Positions 27,606 to 41,653 are shown, numbered from the stretch's first letter. The stretch: 64,000 bases of DNA from Chiloscyllium plagiosum (GCF_004010195.1 NC_057720.1:27465899-27529898), one strand, 5' to 3'. Notes: generated from the letters alone by a model not told the origin. Program-made: numbers and translations.

Positions 27606-28019
27606 CAGGTAGCACAACGTTGAAGGCAGTTTCTATTTGTCTTTAATTTGAAGCAGTGTCCTGCTAATACAGTGAATTGGAAAAGTGACTTTCAGAACTT
27701 GGAGGTTCATGCTTGTGGCTACTCATCGTATACTGTAGCAATGATATGAAAATCCTTCAAAAAGCAATAGCAACTGTCACAACTTGCTTGGGCAGTGCGT
27801 AAACATTATTGATTTAAAAGTTTTGAAACAGTAGCCCAGCCTTTGTGGTGACAATGACGTAGCAAGCCCAATCCCTGTTGACTTCAAAATAAGTCTTGCT
27901 GATCACACCAATGATTGCTGGTAAGAATTTACTGCTATCACAAAGTAGTAGTGCTGCATCTAATTGTAGCATTCTGTATTGGGCATTCCCAGGTGCAGCT
28001 AGAGAGATGTTATCAGACT

Positions 28020-28280
28020 ATCCAAGCAACCAAAGACCAAGAGATTATCACAAATGCGCAGATGGCAGATAGTGAAATTGGAATTCACTGAAAAAATCTG
28101 GAATTAAGAGTTTAATGTTGACCATGAATCCTTTGTCGATTGAGAGAAAAACCATATGGTTCACTAATGTTCATCTGGTCTGGCATGTGATTCTAGACCC
28201 TCAGCAATGTGGTTGACTCTGGGTAATTGGAAATGGTCAATAAATGCTGGCCTTGCCAGCGATGTCCTCATCTCATTGGA
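28020..28280 (+). mobile_element. Old SINE with L2-like tail
   Basis: Ends in caataaatgctggccttgccagcgatg; related copies at ~32200-32440 (+), ~32545-32720 (-) and 54770-55100 (-). Confidence 0.55.
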
Positions 28281-28379
28281 TTTAGCGTTTCCTAAATTCA
28301 ACTTAACTAGGCAAAATGGTCATCACAGTTCAGTTTATGATAATTCTCAATAAATTGGGAATTTCCCAAGACCTTTGTA

Positions 28380-28720
28380 CATGGCATGTCTCCCCTTCCT
28401 CCCACAGCAGCCTGCTTAATAGAAACTCCATCCGCTACCTGAACACTGGCACCCCATGCTACAAGATGTGCAATCTACAAGATACAACTTCTTCGACTCA
28501 CCAAATCTCCATGCTGTGTCCCAAGTAATGCATTACCTTGATCTGAAGATATATGCCCATTTGTCATTATTGCTAGATCAAAATCTTGGATGACCTGACC
28601 ATACAGCGCCGTGGCTGTGCTTATACTGCACAGACAACAGTGGTTGAAGAAGGCAGCTCAACTTGTCAAGGGAAGTTAGAATGAGCAATATATGCTCTTC
28701 ATACTAGCAGTACCTAAATT
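28380..28720 (+). mobile_element. L2-like LINE 3' remnant
   Basis: Similar to the reverse complement of 58490-58900; contains the ttgaagaaggcagctca tail motif. Confidence 0.45.
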
Positions 28721-30787
28721 TATTAGTTCAAATAAAAACTTCACAATTATTTATTACATTTATTTTACCACAACAACAAATCACTTGTTTTATTTGTGAT
28801 GTGTTATTATAATGATATGAATTACACTAATTGTTGTTTCATGACATTATCTAGTTACAATTCAAAATGTACAATGTAGTTCAGTATTTGCATCATCTTT
28901 ATCATGCCATTAGTCTCCCTAATAATTTCAAGAAGTGATTATATATTCCAATGCAATAAAAAGTCTTTCTAGTCACCTACATAATTGCAAGAATGAGCTT
29001 GCCATTGAAACAACTAAGATCAAATGTCTAACAGCTTTTGCCAGATTGACCAGATTACCTCTATGTAATTATCTGCACTCATAAGATTATTGTTCTAGAA
29101 TGCATAAGTTTGAATCTGCTTCCATTATCCTCGTGTCTTTTCAAAATTGCTTATGGTTGTGTTCAGGAGGTCTCAGTGAACTTGGAAATTGATGCTGAGT
29201 AGTTTCATGAACCAGGGTATGCTTGTGCAGTTATTCTATTTTACTTCATGACAAAACCAAACTGGTGAATTTATTGGATCAAAAGAAGAGAGAATTTATT
29301 TCAAAGCATAATTCAAGACTTGCAAAATATTTAATGCGTGGTGGTATGTTCTATGCCAGACAAGTTGCTCCAGCTTTAAAGCCTGCTGACATTAGCAGAA
29401 GAATTACAAATTGGTATTCAAATTTCGTTAAAATGAAAAGGGAGTAATTATGCTTGCATTTTTCTAATGCCAACCTTTGGAGGAGGGTGAATGCTCTCTG
29501 TTTACAACTGGCCTATACCAGATAGGGGAAAGAATAGAAAAACTTGATTCTTAAAAAACATTCTTGAATATTGCTTCTAAACCTATAGTGTTGGAACCAG
29601 TGATGCTAATCAAATTCTATTGTAGCTCATTCTATTTCTTTTAAAACTATGCAGCCATTAGTTTAGTGTGATATGCCCTAAGACTTATTTTAAGGCAAAT
29701 ATAATTTATTTATTTCCTTTTTCTTGTTATATGTTTGCTGATCTGTAGCCTAATGCTTGTTCCCTCTTTAAATTGTTATAGCTTTTTTTTGTTGTCACAT
29801 ATAAACGAAAAAGCTATGGTAACCTTGTTTGGAAATATAGGATATTCCAACTTTGTGTGTTTCTGTCACAAATTTACTTGACTTTAACAATGTTTCTATC
29901 CTGTACTGTCTGTCAAAATACAGAGCCAATGTGCTGAAAAAATTGATCAAACTTTTTAAAATTATATTTTAATTTAATAGTCCTTTTAAATATTTTATAC
30001 TGCATATATGTGAAGGGCTGGGAAGTGGAGTAAAATAAAACATACCATATAAACAAAATTGTAAAATGATAAAATTTGGATGGCAAGTTCCAAGTACGGT
30101 CAACGCTGTCCCACAGTGGACTTCCAGTCAGTGGCATGTCCAGGCAAATACATTTAACATATTTTCTTTCTGTTTTCAGTAAAGTTGCAACAAATTTATT
30201 TTAAACTTTTTTTTAAGTAATTAGAAGAATTTTGTGTTTTTGAAAGTCCAAATTTCAGGATTTTGACCCATTTTGACAATAATTATTGTTTTATTGCCAT
30301 CTAATGTTGCAAGCCCTGACGATTATTGTTAGGTATCAATTGATTTTTCCACTGTACATAATGCCCACTTGTGCACACTGCTGAAATAGTTGTCTCCTGA
30401 AACTATTCTTTTTAATTGTAGAAACCACCACACCACTTCCCAGCCTGGATTTAATAATATAATTTCACAACTCTTCTTTCTTCTAACAAGTCTGCAGCAA
30501 TGGTATAGTTGACTCTTTTTGAGTACAGAATTGTGCTTTTTTTTCTCAAGGGTCTAACACAGGGTGTGATTATAACATGGCACAACACCATGTGCTGTGC
30601 GTGTGTGTCTGGTTTATGAATGTGCATATGTGAAGCTGAAAACCACCGCACTATTGTCTTGTCTTGTTCTTTCAGTGCTGTGAGGATTGATGAAGCCTGG
30701 CCTGTTTTTACTCTCTGTGTTTTTCCTTGTCTTTTTATTCCCTCCTCATCCTCATTGCACTCTACCATCAAACCCTTCATCTCTCAG

Positions 30788-30799
30788 ATCAGCGAGAAG
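30788..30799 (+). CDS. PTPRF: PTPRF 12-nt microexon meB, encodes (D)QRE (Ig2-Ig3 linker)
   Basis: cttcatctctcag|ATCAGCGAGAAG|gttggt; phase 1-1. DQRE is the LAR/PTPRF form of meB (ELRE in PTPRD/PTPRS). Confidence 0.92.
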
Positions 30800-33392
30800 G
30801 TTGGTCTCTTTCACTTCTTATCCACCTACGCCACGCCAAATGGACTGTCCTATAGTGAAACAGAGGAGAGCTGGGGTTTCTGGCTCCCTGCCAGGCACAG
30901 CCTAGCCCTACCTGTTGGAATCTAATGACTTTCTGCTTAAGTGTCTTTAAAAGTTGTGGAAGTGTCAGCGTGCTGCATGTTAATCTTACTTTCAATTCTC
31001 AATCAATGGCTCTGTTCTGTGCCATGAGGAAAATTTTATCTGCTCTCTGCTTCTTTCACAGTTGGTAGCTGCATGACTATTACTTTGAAATGATAATCCA
31101 AATTTCACCTTCAGCTTTTAAAATTGTTGAGGCAGTTATTCAGATTTTTACATTTGATCATCACAAATACCAAATTACTTCAGATTTCTTAATTTATAAT
31201 ACATTTAAAATATGAAATTGATCACATCCATTTGGAATAGCCAAGCTCGAACGACGCACCTAAAGTGATTTTATAAATATGCAAGTATTAATATTAAAGC
31301 TAGAATTATTTTGATGCTACAATGAAGTCACAGTAGTGGAGTAAATAACAACAGAAGATACGAGAGTTACAAAGGAGGTGATCCTGCACTCACAGTATTT
31401 TGCTTTTGCTACATAAACAATAGTGTCTGAATTGGAAATTTTATCTATTTGTAATTTGGTGTTCGGCACAAACTACGGTGGTCAAAATGGAATTACCATA
31501 GACTCTAATGTATCCCTTCATAGTACAGATCCCTTGGTTTAATGAAATTATCTTGATTCTTAACATTTCTGCTGTTTTTCATAGGTTTTTCGCTTCAGTT
31601 CTCTTTATCCTTTTCTCTTTTCATTTTTATAGAACAGTAAAACTGTGTTACTTTGATTTCTGTACAGTTGTCACAATGAGATGTTAGTATGATACTTAAT
31701 TGGCATGTCCTAATTGAAACTAAAGCTCATGTCTTTAGTAATAAAAACAAGCATCTTCATGGATTCAGAATGAGTAGTTTGCTCATTTTCAAGCACCTCA
31801 AGTTTTTGTTGGCGCTTTACAGAGGAAGATGTTTTGGTCAGATCCTGCTTCAAACAGCTTAACTCATTTGTGTATGTCCAGTGAGTGACAGAGTTAGGGC
31901 AGAGAAAAATATTATACATAACATTTGAAAGAGGATTGATTGGGGAAAATTCAATTGCAGAAGGTCAAACTTCATGCATGCCAATGGCTCAAAGCTCTTT
32001 TTATTCCTGCTTTTCCAGACAATATCCCGAATGTTTAAATTTTGTGGATATCATATATCACAGCTTTTACAAATTGTCTGTAGGGAAACTCACTCCATCA
32101 TTGAGAAGTTGGGTGTGCTTTTTTAGCTACAAAGAGCTTTGGGATATCCTGGAACTATGAAGGGCATATTCTTCATAAGTTCTCTGTTGCAGAAATTAAA
32201 TGGCTCTCAGTCTGCATTACATTACTTTATTGAGGGTTCTACTTTGTATCATACGATTATAGGACCATATTCCACATGTTTAGCTCTAAACTGACCCTTA
32301 AATTGGTCTCGCAAGCCATTTAGTTATTTCAAGTCTCTGCAAGATAATTCAAGAAAATGCCATATTGTTAGCTTCCCAAAGCAGATAGAAATATACAACA
32401 GCTGTTGGCCTTGCCAGTGATGCTAACATCCTGAAAACAATTTTTCTTTTAAAAAGCAGTGATTGTAGTAATGAAATGTATGCTGTCTTACGTTGTAGAC
32501 ATACATTCACTATGTTATGAATGGTGCTATGGTCAATTTTTTCATTCTTTCATGTGATGTGAGTGTCCCTAGCTTAGCCAGCATTTGTTGCTCAATCCTC
32601 ATTCACTCAAGATGATGCTGGCATGTTGCTGTCTTGAATTATTACAGTTCATGTGGTGTGAGCCCTTTTAGGATGGGAGTTCAAAGCTTTTGACCCAGCT
32701 ACTCTGAATGGATGGCAATTTTGGACATCAGTCCCACCTAATTATCTGTTACAAGTAGACTACAAGAATAGGAACAGGAGCAGGCCATTGCCCTCGATTC
32801 AGTTCCACCATTCAATAAGATCATAGTTGATCAGGCATTCCTCATGTCCACTCTCCTGCCTTTTCCCATATTCGTTGATTGCTCTACTGCTAAAAATCTC
32901 TCCATCTCAATCTTAAATAAACACAAGGACTTGGCCCCTCAGCCTCTTTGTGGCAAGGAGTTTGAACGACTTTCAGCCCTCTGAGAAAAGAAATTCCTCC
33001 TCATCTCTGTAATTAAATACACATTTTTACATATTCTTCCATGCTGGTATTTGAACTCATACTCCCAAAGTTTCAATCTGTCCAGTTTGAATCACCATAT
33101 TAGATGGCATTCCTGCTAAACCACTGCTTTGAAATGCGTTGTTGAAAGACAATAGTAGAGGGAAATTAAATCCATACCAAAAGGTTAATTAAATCTTTCT
33201 TTACCCACCTTTTCTGAACACATTCTGGACACATTGCCTATGCAGTGACCATGGTGAGGTCTATTTCTGTCTCTATATGATCCTGGTGCACATTATGTTT
33301 GCCTCTGCTGCAACCTTCGCAGGTTTTTTTTCCATTTCGAAAGTTACCCTCATTAAGCTCATTCCTGCTTCTGTATGACCACTGATGTGCAT

Positions 33393-34180
33393 TTAGAGTC
33401 ATAGAGATGTATAGCATGGAAACAGACCCTTCGGTCCAACCTGTCCATGCCGACCAGATATCCCAACCCAATCTAGTCCCACCTGCCAGCAGCCGGCCCA
33501 TACCCCTCCAAACCCTTCCTATTCATATACCCATCCAAATGCCTCTTAAATGTTGCAATTGTACCAGCCTCCACCACTTCCTCTGGCAGCTCATTCCATA
33601 CACGTACCACCCTCTGCGTGAAAAAGTTGCCCCTTAGGTCTCTTTCATATCTTTCTCCTCTCACCCTAAACCTATGCCCTCTAGTTCTGGACTCACTGAC
33701 CCCAGGGAAAAGACTTTGTCTATTTATCCTATCCATGCCCCTCATAATTTTATAAACCTCAAATAGGTCACCCCTCAGCCTCCAACACTCCAGGAAAAAC
33801 AGCCCCAACCTGTTCAGCCTCTCCCTGTAGCTCAAATCCTCCAACCCTGGCAACATCCTTGTAAATCTTTTCTGAACACTTTCAAGTTTCACAACATCTT
33901 TCCAATAGGAAGGAGACCAGAATTGCACGCAATATTCCAACAGTGGCCTAACCAATGTCCTGTACAGCCGCAACATGACCTCCCAACTCTTGTACTCAAT
34001 ACTCTGACCAATAAAGGAAAGCATACCAAACGCCTTCTTCACTATCCTATCTACCTGCGACTCCACTTTCAAGGAGCTATGAACCTGCACTGCAAGGTCT
34101 CTTTGTTCACCAACACTCCCTAGGACCTTACCATTAAGTGTATAAGTCCTGCTAAGATTTGCTTTCCCAAAATGCAGCAA
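33393..34180 (-). mobile_element. Young 5'-truncated CR1 LINE (intact ORF2 C-terminus plus 3' UTR)
   Basis: Uninterrupted 235-aa ORF (LHFGK...RPLLEYCVQFWSP...RLRGDLFEVYKIM); tail (CTATGA)CTCTAA. Confidence 0.95.
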
Positions 34181-37100
34181 ATCTTCTTTCTGCTCCTATA
34201 AAGACCCAAGCAGACCTCTCTATTGCATTAACATTGACTTGATGGAGACCATTTCTGTTTCTACAATATTCAATATTTCCTGTTCTACAATGATTCTAGT
34301 GGGCTATAGAAAAAAAACTACAGCTAGCACAACTAGTGCGTAATTAAGAACCGGTATCATATAATGATGTCTGCATTGCTTTAGTGAGAGAGTACTTTGG
34401 CAATGTTATTTAAATTTACAATAAGAATAATAATCAGCATAGTGAAGGACCCAGTAATATAAGAATGAAAATTTTAACCATCTAATGTCAGTTAATCGAA
34501 TAACTTCTCTGATTGAGACTGCTGTTTTGGATTGTAAGGACCACTAGATGAAACATTTTTATTTCGCTATCCATCATCCTAATAATCACATGATACAATA
34601 GTAATGAAATTGTTAACTAAAATCAATCTGTATTTTTTAGTTCATTACAGAATCATTATCTGGAAAATTCACAACAGTGGAGAACATTGGGAACCTTTTG
34701 CCAGTTATAACAAATTTGGGATAGTTTGGCTACTGGCTTCCGCCTTGACACTGCAATGTATTCCTTTCTGTTCTTGCCTTTTGTTCCACTTTCTTTTGAA
34801 TCGTCATTAATTCATACTATATTTCATCCTTTTTTTTACACCTATGTTGAATTGATGTTAGGATAATCTTTTGTTTATAGCACAACCTTTGTTTTCTCTT
34901 CCTGTAGAATTAAAAGATACAGGAGAAAAGCACATATGACTGCAAAACTGGGTAATATCAGTGTAGTTCACGTGGCGACCTCCAAATTTCTGGCATCAGA
35001 AATTGACATCAAGTCACATTCAATCCATGGCAAGAATATCTTTTGGATTTAATTACTGAAAGTGAAAAATAAAACCTTTTCTTAGCTTATTTTTTTTGCC
35101 CCTCCCCCCCCCCCAACGTTGTAGCACAGACAATATCAGTCAGGCACATTTATTTTGTTTGGGCAAAATAAGAATTACCAGATAATAAAGCTTTTCTTGG
35201 AAATTGGTTTTGAGGTCACTGGAGGAGCGATGATAGACTAATTCCATTATGTTGAATTCAGCTACCAACATGAAACGGACAGAGCAATCAATAAATGTTG
35301 TATGCTAATATTGCTGTGTTTGTGAGTCAGAGCATGTTGAATTATTAATTTCTCCCCTCCTTTATTTCCTTTGTGAATTTGAAGTTAATGTATGCTATTA
35401 TAGATTTTTGCATGCACTTCTTGGAAGAACTTGAGGCTCTACCCCAGCTTACTGACTTGCATTTCATTTTATACATAACATTCAACAAAATAGAAGCATC
35501 ACCACTGCTGCAGTGTCCATTCAACAATGTTCAAAAAGGATTAACTGATGTCTAGATTTATCACTCTACCAATGCTGATATCTAAAACCAATGTTTGGGT
35601 GACATGGTTAAACAGAAAAGGGAAAGGTGATGCAGGATTGAAAGATTTGGAAATGAAAGGCTCCAGCTGCATATCCATGATAAATTTGTCATTTCATATT
35701 TGAAAGCATAATCTGGTTTATTATACCAGTCTTTAAGAAAAAGGCTTCCTTTGAGTGCTCCTGTTGATTGAAACTGTTCATTGGCATTGAATCTTACTTT
35801 TTTGCCAAAGTTTAAATTACTTTCAAAACGATTGAGTTTCTTTTGCCCTTTAACAGAATAGTGTGATTGGTATAGTGTAATATCAGTATCAGTTGAATCC
35901 TGATTTCGAGTGGGACTGGGATGAATGTGAAATAATTTTTAATACTGAAATTGACTGAGTTTGAATCCTACAGTTAATGATGTGATGATTTGAACAAAAT
36001 TTGGTATGTTAGCAAGTAACATGTAGTTTTCATAAGTGATTGCTATTAGATAAGATATCATTATGGCCAACTAGATTAACCTATTTTTACAATATCTTTA
36101 CCTGTATTTAATAGCTAGTTTTGGGAATAAGATTCATGCTTTGTTATTTATTTGTGCAATATGTTCCTCATGTTTTCCTGTTCAATGCATGCTGGTATTT
36201 GCACCTAAGCGAAGCAACATGTCTTCTGTTTTTTTAAGTCGTGTGTCTTCTATAACTGGATCTAATTTCATTTGTGAACACCATAACCTGGTTCTCATAT
36301 TCTCATATTTAACAGCACTCTATTATTAAGAGACTATGAATCTATTTAATGTTTGGTAAACAGGAATATTTGATTTCCTGCCTTCCATTGTTTTAGATAT
36401 TTTTTATGTGGAAAATAGACCACATCCTTATTTTCATCCTTATTTTAATTTGTTACAGAATGGCATTTCACAGAGCAATCTGAGATTGCTTCCTATGTAT
36501 TAGTTATGTAAATGTAACTCAAAAATGAAACATTAACAATACTGAGTTGCCATTCTCTATGCGGTGGGGTTATGTTAGGTTTGAATTCTCAATTTAATTC
36601 TCATGATAGGAAATAGATCAGCCATTATTTTATCAACTGGCAGAGCAGGCTTGGAGGGCAAAATGGCCCACTGTTGATCCTAATTTTTACCTTGTAAATT
36701 GATAAATAAAGTCACATCAAGAAACACTTTGAATGTTCCACGTTATTCGTGGAAATACAATGATGCTTTACAAATAGAACTTTGCTAAATAAGAAATTGG
36801 AGAAATTGTACATGTAATATTAACTATGAAAATCCTGACATTAGTTTAATCAACCTTGCAAATTTTGTTGAAAAGTGTACAATGACAGAGGTACTTCATA
36901 GTAGCAATTTATCCTTACACTGATGTAGATAAGACGTATTTTGTATGGAATTGGAATTTTGAATATCCATCCCAGTTCCAATACTATTATTGATTGTTAT
37001 GTTTGTCATAGTTCCATTGCTATCATTGGAAGAAAAGAAATTTCTAATGATTTGAATTGTGAAAATGCATGGCATGCTTTACTGTAATGCATTCCTTAAT

Positions 37101-40100
37101 TTTATATGTGTGGGAGTTTGTGCAAACTGTTTTATTTCATATATGAGTGCAGCAGCTCTTTCTTACCTCTTGCTGTGGTTCATTGACTTTTCCTTCCATT
37201 AAACTGCATGAGAGCTGTAAACCTGATGCATGTTGATCGAATGTAAGCACAATGTAAGCTTACAAGCCAAGCTTTTGCAAATTGTTCGCTGCAAATTTCT
37301 CTGCGGTGAAACCAAAGCCCCATTGTCAACAGTTTATCCGAAAGCTAGTATTTAAAAAGTGGTGGTTCATTTCTGTAAAACAAGACTGATGTGGTCAGAA
37401 TTTAATAGTCTGGAGATGTTCAGTTTGATAAATCGCCATCATGTTGAAACCATTTCCATTCCCATGAGTAATGGCAGAATTATTCTCTAACCACTTGCAC
37501 ATTAAATAGTATCAGAAGCAAAACATTCAGTCTGGAGAGCAACAGTCAACCAGGCATTGTAGTTTCAAAACAGGTAGAATACCTTTGATGATCTGTGTGA
37601 TGTCAAATGAATGATCCAGGTCATGGTATTACAGGACACTGTAGCACTAGCAAAATGATGTTTACATGTACTGAAGAATATTTTTCTGAGTTAATCTATA
37701 TCTTAACTAACTACGTTCCAATGGTGCAGAAACTATTATGAGATTTTCCTTGTAGTATATTAGCCATTACATCTGGAGTCACCAGGACTGGGTTCACTGA
37801 AGATTTCTGGTATGAGAATAGTATGTCAGAATACGAATTCTAAATTGTAAAATTGGCAGTTGTAAGTAACCCCCACCACCACACAAGCATCTTGAAAAGA
37901 GTATTCCTTATTATGCTTGATTTTTCTCCCATTGCAGCTTGTAGTGAAGGATAATCTGGACTGGGTGATTAATTCACAATTTATACTCTCATTTTGTGAA
38001 TAGCCAGCAACAACACAATTGCATCAGGGTGAGGTATACAGTTCTTTTTCTCCCTATACCCATCTTAGACAGAGAGGCCTATGCAGGACTATAGCAGTTT
38101 TGGGAAAAGCAAATGAATCATTTGAAGCTAGCTGAGCAGGGCAAGGTCAGGTAATAAATACTTATGTAACTCAAGCCAAATGCATTTAACACAGGCAAAT
38201 TATTAAGGAGCCTGGTCTTGGATTTTGCAGTCTGATTGATAATGATGTATTCCACCCCAGCTCGACTGCAATGCCCTTGAATGACTAATTGTCAAACAAA
38301 ACATTGAATGAAGTTTTCTGTTCATAAAAATCCATTTTGAAAGATAGAAGGTTTATAATTTCACAAAAGCCATTTAACTTACACTTTTTTAAAATTAGAA
38401 AAACGTTGTAGTAATCTTAAATGTAAACATTCAAAAATATATTAAATAATATTTGAGTTTTTTTCGAAGAATGATTTGAGTTACAATCATAGTGCTTGAA
38501 ACTGGAAGAACAGTCTTTTATGGCCCACTCTGCTGGTTTCCAAATTGCTGATGGTTAGCAAGAGATTGACTTTAATTGCATTTGTAAGTAAGATTAACAG
38601 AATATCTTGTTACGTAATAGCGCATTTTATCCCATCATAACCTTTAAATGCTTGTCAAGATCTATCCTGTCATTTGATTCTAATATAGCACAAATTGTGT
38701 GATGGGACAGAGTTGTTGCACATTAAACCCTGATAGTGTTGAAAATGTTGATAAGAAACTTTCAGCAACCCACCAAAATGCTGTCACCCTTTGTCGCAAG
38801 ATTTCTTCCATTTGATTCCCTTTAATGTTAAACAGACAGAGTTTGAGTTTAATGTACTATATTGTGCCATTTCTTAGAAATTAACACCAATTTTGACCTG
38901 ATTTCCCCAGCCAATTTCCACATGTAGGCACTATGCAATTTTTTTTTGTTTTTCAGCTGGCATTAAAGTTAAAAGTAATAAAAATGTGAAAGAATTTGCA
39001 AATTTCTGTTCTTTTCATTTATTTATTTTTAAACTGTGAAATCATATACATTATTTGTTCAATTTAACAATCACATTTGACGTGTTATTGCAGTTCCGAA
39101 TACTCTACTATAAATTTAATTCCACAGCAAATTTTGAAAATAAAATTTAGTATTTCACAAATCGGCCTCATTTGTGGTATCGCCAAACAGCTGCTTAGAT
39201 TTCATTGAAAACTGCAGTGCCATTTTACACTGTAACATTTTTTGTTAAAAATGATACATCTATTATGTTTCAAATTCCCTAAATTCTGGAAGAATATATA
39301 CATTAACAGTCATTCTTTTTGTTTTGTTGTGTGCTATTCTTCACAACTGTTCAACTCTGATAGCGGTGTAGAAGTAACAGTGAAATGTGGAATTCTATGC
39401 TTATCCAGCAACAACCAAATTGTTCTATTTTCTGGATTTTGAAAAAGCATGCTATTTATATTCAAGATTATGTGCTCCTCTGCAAGTTGAGAGAGGGAAT
39501 TAGTGGCATTAACCTTGGAGAATACCAGAAATGAACTTATTTGGAGGGATTAACACACTGCTATGCTTATGTTGTGTTAGGGCACATTGTTCCTGTAGCT
39601 CTCCACATGAGAATTGTTAAAGTTAGCTTAGTGACCTAGAGTTTAATTGTTTCCCCATAGACAATATAAATTTGTGTGAAACTCACCTGGATCCTATTGT
39701 ATATACACCCCCTCCCACTGTGTATTGCAAGGTAACCTGAGAAAAACAGACGTAAAAATAACTTACTTGGAGGTTTGCTTTTACAGTATTTCAGAAACAG
39801 ACCCATTATATTAAATCTGCAAAGGATCATTTGAATTCAGAATTAAGAGGATTCCCTGATATTTGATTTTGCCTTTTTAATGTAAATATTCATGTATTAA
39901 AGGATAGCAATTTTTTAAATCTATTTTCTTATAAAATACTTGTTATGATTCAGATGTGGGATGTGTTTTCTTTTGCTTAACCGCAGATAGCTGTATAGAG
40001 GAGAAGTTTATTCTGTGTTGTTTCCTCATGCAAGTCTGATTTATAGCACACATCAGACATTGTTGCTTGGTGCTTGCATTATTAAAGCATCAACCATATA

Positions 40101-40256
40101 GATTTTATTTTACTACAGTTCATTTTTGTAATGAAGAAACTGATATTTACGAAAGTATCCAGGTGTGGTGGGTGGATGTGGCTTGTGTGCCCTGCATGGT
40201 AGTAGCTGAGGCTCTTTTAATATTTTTGATTCTACCACAAATATGTTCCTTTCCAG

Positions 40257-40526
40257 TGCGTCGAGTTCCCCCTCGGTTCTCTATCCCACCCACTAGCCAT
40301 GAAGTGATGCCAGGGGGCAGCGTTAACCTTACCTGTGTAGCTGTGGGTTCACCCATGCCCTATGTGAAATGGGTGGCTGGAGCATTGGAACTCACACCAG
40401 AAGAAGACATGCCTGTTGGACGTAACGTTCTGGAACTGGTTAATATAAAGGAATCTAAGAATTACACATGTGTTGCCATGTCTTCACTGGGTGTTATTGA
40501 GGCAACAGCACAAATAACAGTTAAAG
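40257..40526 (+). CDS. PTPRF: PTPRF exon, Ig3 domain ([12 protein letters not shown]...ATAQITVK)
   Basis: ttcctttccag|TGCGTCGA...GTTAAAG|gtaagc; 270 nt, phase 1-1. Contains the Ig cysteines (LTCVAVG, NYTCVA). Confidence 0.97.
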
Positions 40527-41071
40527 GTAAGCCATATAAGCCAGGGTAAAAATGCCTGACTCACAACTAACATTCATAGTCACCTGGCCTCATAAATGAG
40601 AGAAGTATGTCTGTGTTGATATTTATTTCCTCTGCCCTTGTTCCACTCCCACTAAAAACAAGTGGGTTATAGCTGTGGTTCTGTTTATCTCTGCTCAGAA
40701 GTACTTTCCTTAATATTGTCATAGAATTATCTCATAGTCAGCCTTATAGTACATGGATTTCTTTAGTTTGAGGTGAATTTGGTTTGGTTAAAGTTCAGAA
40801 GGCCATATTTCTGTTTGGAATCCATAGCTGTAATAATAATTTGGCAGGCAGAAAATGGTGACTATGACTTAAGGTGCAGTATATATTGATAACATTTGAT
40901 TTTTCTTGTTCCCTCATTTTTTGATAGTTTCTCAATTTTAAAATATGATCAGTCAGATGTTTTGTAATTAAAATGCAAAATATATTTAGTTTGTTACTCC
41001 ATTTACTCATTTGTAGGTTTATATTACACTTTACAATAACTTTTCTATGTGTAAATGCTTGTGTATTTTAG

Positions 41072-41653
41072 CTTTACCAAAGCCACCCACAATGACGAGC
41101 GTTACAGAGACAACTGCTACCAGTGTTACACTGACATGGGAATCAGGAAATATGGAACTGATACCATACTATGTTATTCAATATAAACCAAAATCCTCTG
41201 ATGGACCTTTCCAAGAGGTGGATGGAGTTGCCACCACGCGATACAGTATTGGAGGTCTCAGCCCATACTCAGAGTATGAATTCCGAATCATTGCAGTAAA
41301 TAATATAGGCAGAGGTCCTCCCAGTGAACTAGTGGAAACCAGAACAGGTGAGCAGGCTCCATCCAGCCCACCTTTAAAAGTCCAGGCTCGTATGCTGAGT
41401 GCCAGCACCATGTTAATCCAGTGGGAGGAGCCAGAAGAGTCTAATGGACAGATTCGGGGTTATCGTGTATATTATACTACAGATTCCAGGCTTCCCTTAA
41501 ATATGTGGTACAAACATAATTTGGATGACAGCCGTCTAACAACCATCGGTAGTTTAATAACAGATACAATATACAGCATCCGTGTATTGGCATTCACCTC
41601 AGTTGGCGATGGACCACCATCTGAAATTATACAAGTCAAAACAAAGCAAGGAG
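41072..41653 (+). CDS. PTPRF: PTPRF exon, fibronectin type III repeats 1-2 (ALPKPP...VKTKQG)
   Basis: gtattttag|CTTTACCA...CAAGGAG|gtgagt; 582 nt, phase 1-1. [28 protein letters not shown] and MLSASTML favour PTPRF over PTPRD/PTPRS. Confidence 0.97.

Noticed and set aside
33473..34180. Intact 235-aa ORF as a domesticated gene
   Set aside because: It is simply the C-terminus of a young 5'-truncated CR1 ORF2 with its 3' UTR; it has no ATG start or RT core.
40067..40256. N-terminal ORF extensions around the exons (also 49863-50372 and 57366-57869)
   Set aside because: These are intronic read-through outside the canonical splice sites; LAR similarity is confined to the exons.
41072..41653. Assignment to PTPRD or PTPRS
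   Set aside because: The DQRE meB and FN3 residues ([32 protein letters not shown]) fit PTPRF better; based on recalled sequences, not a computed tree.
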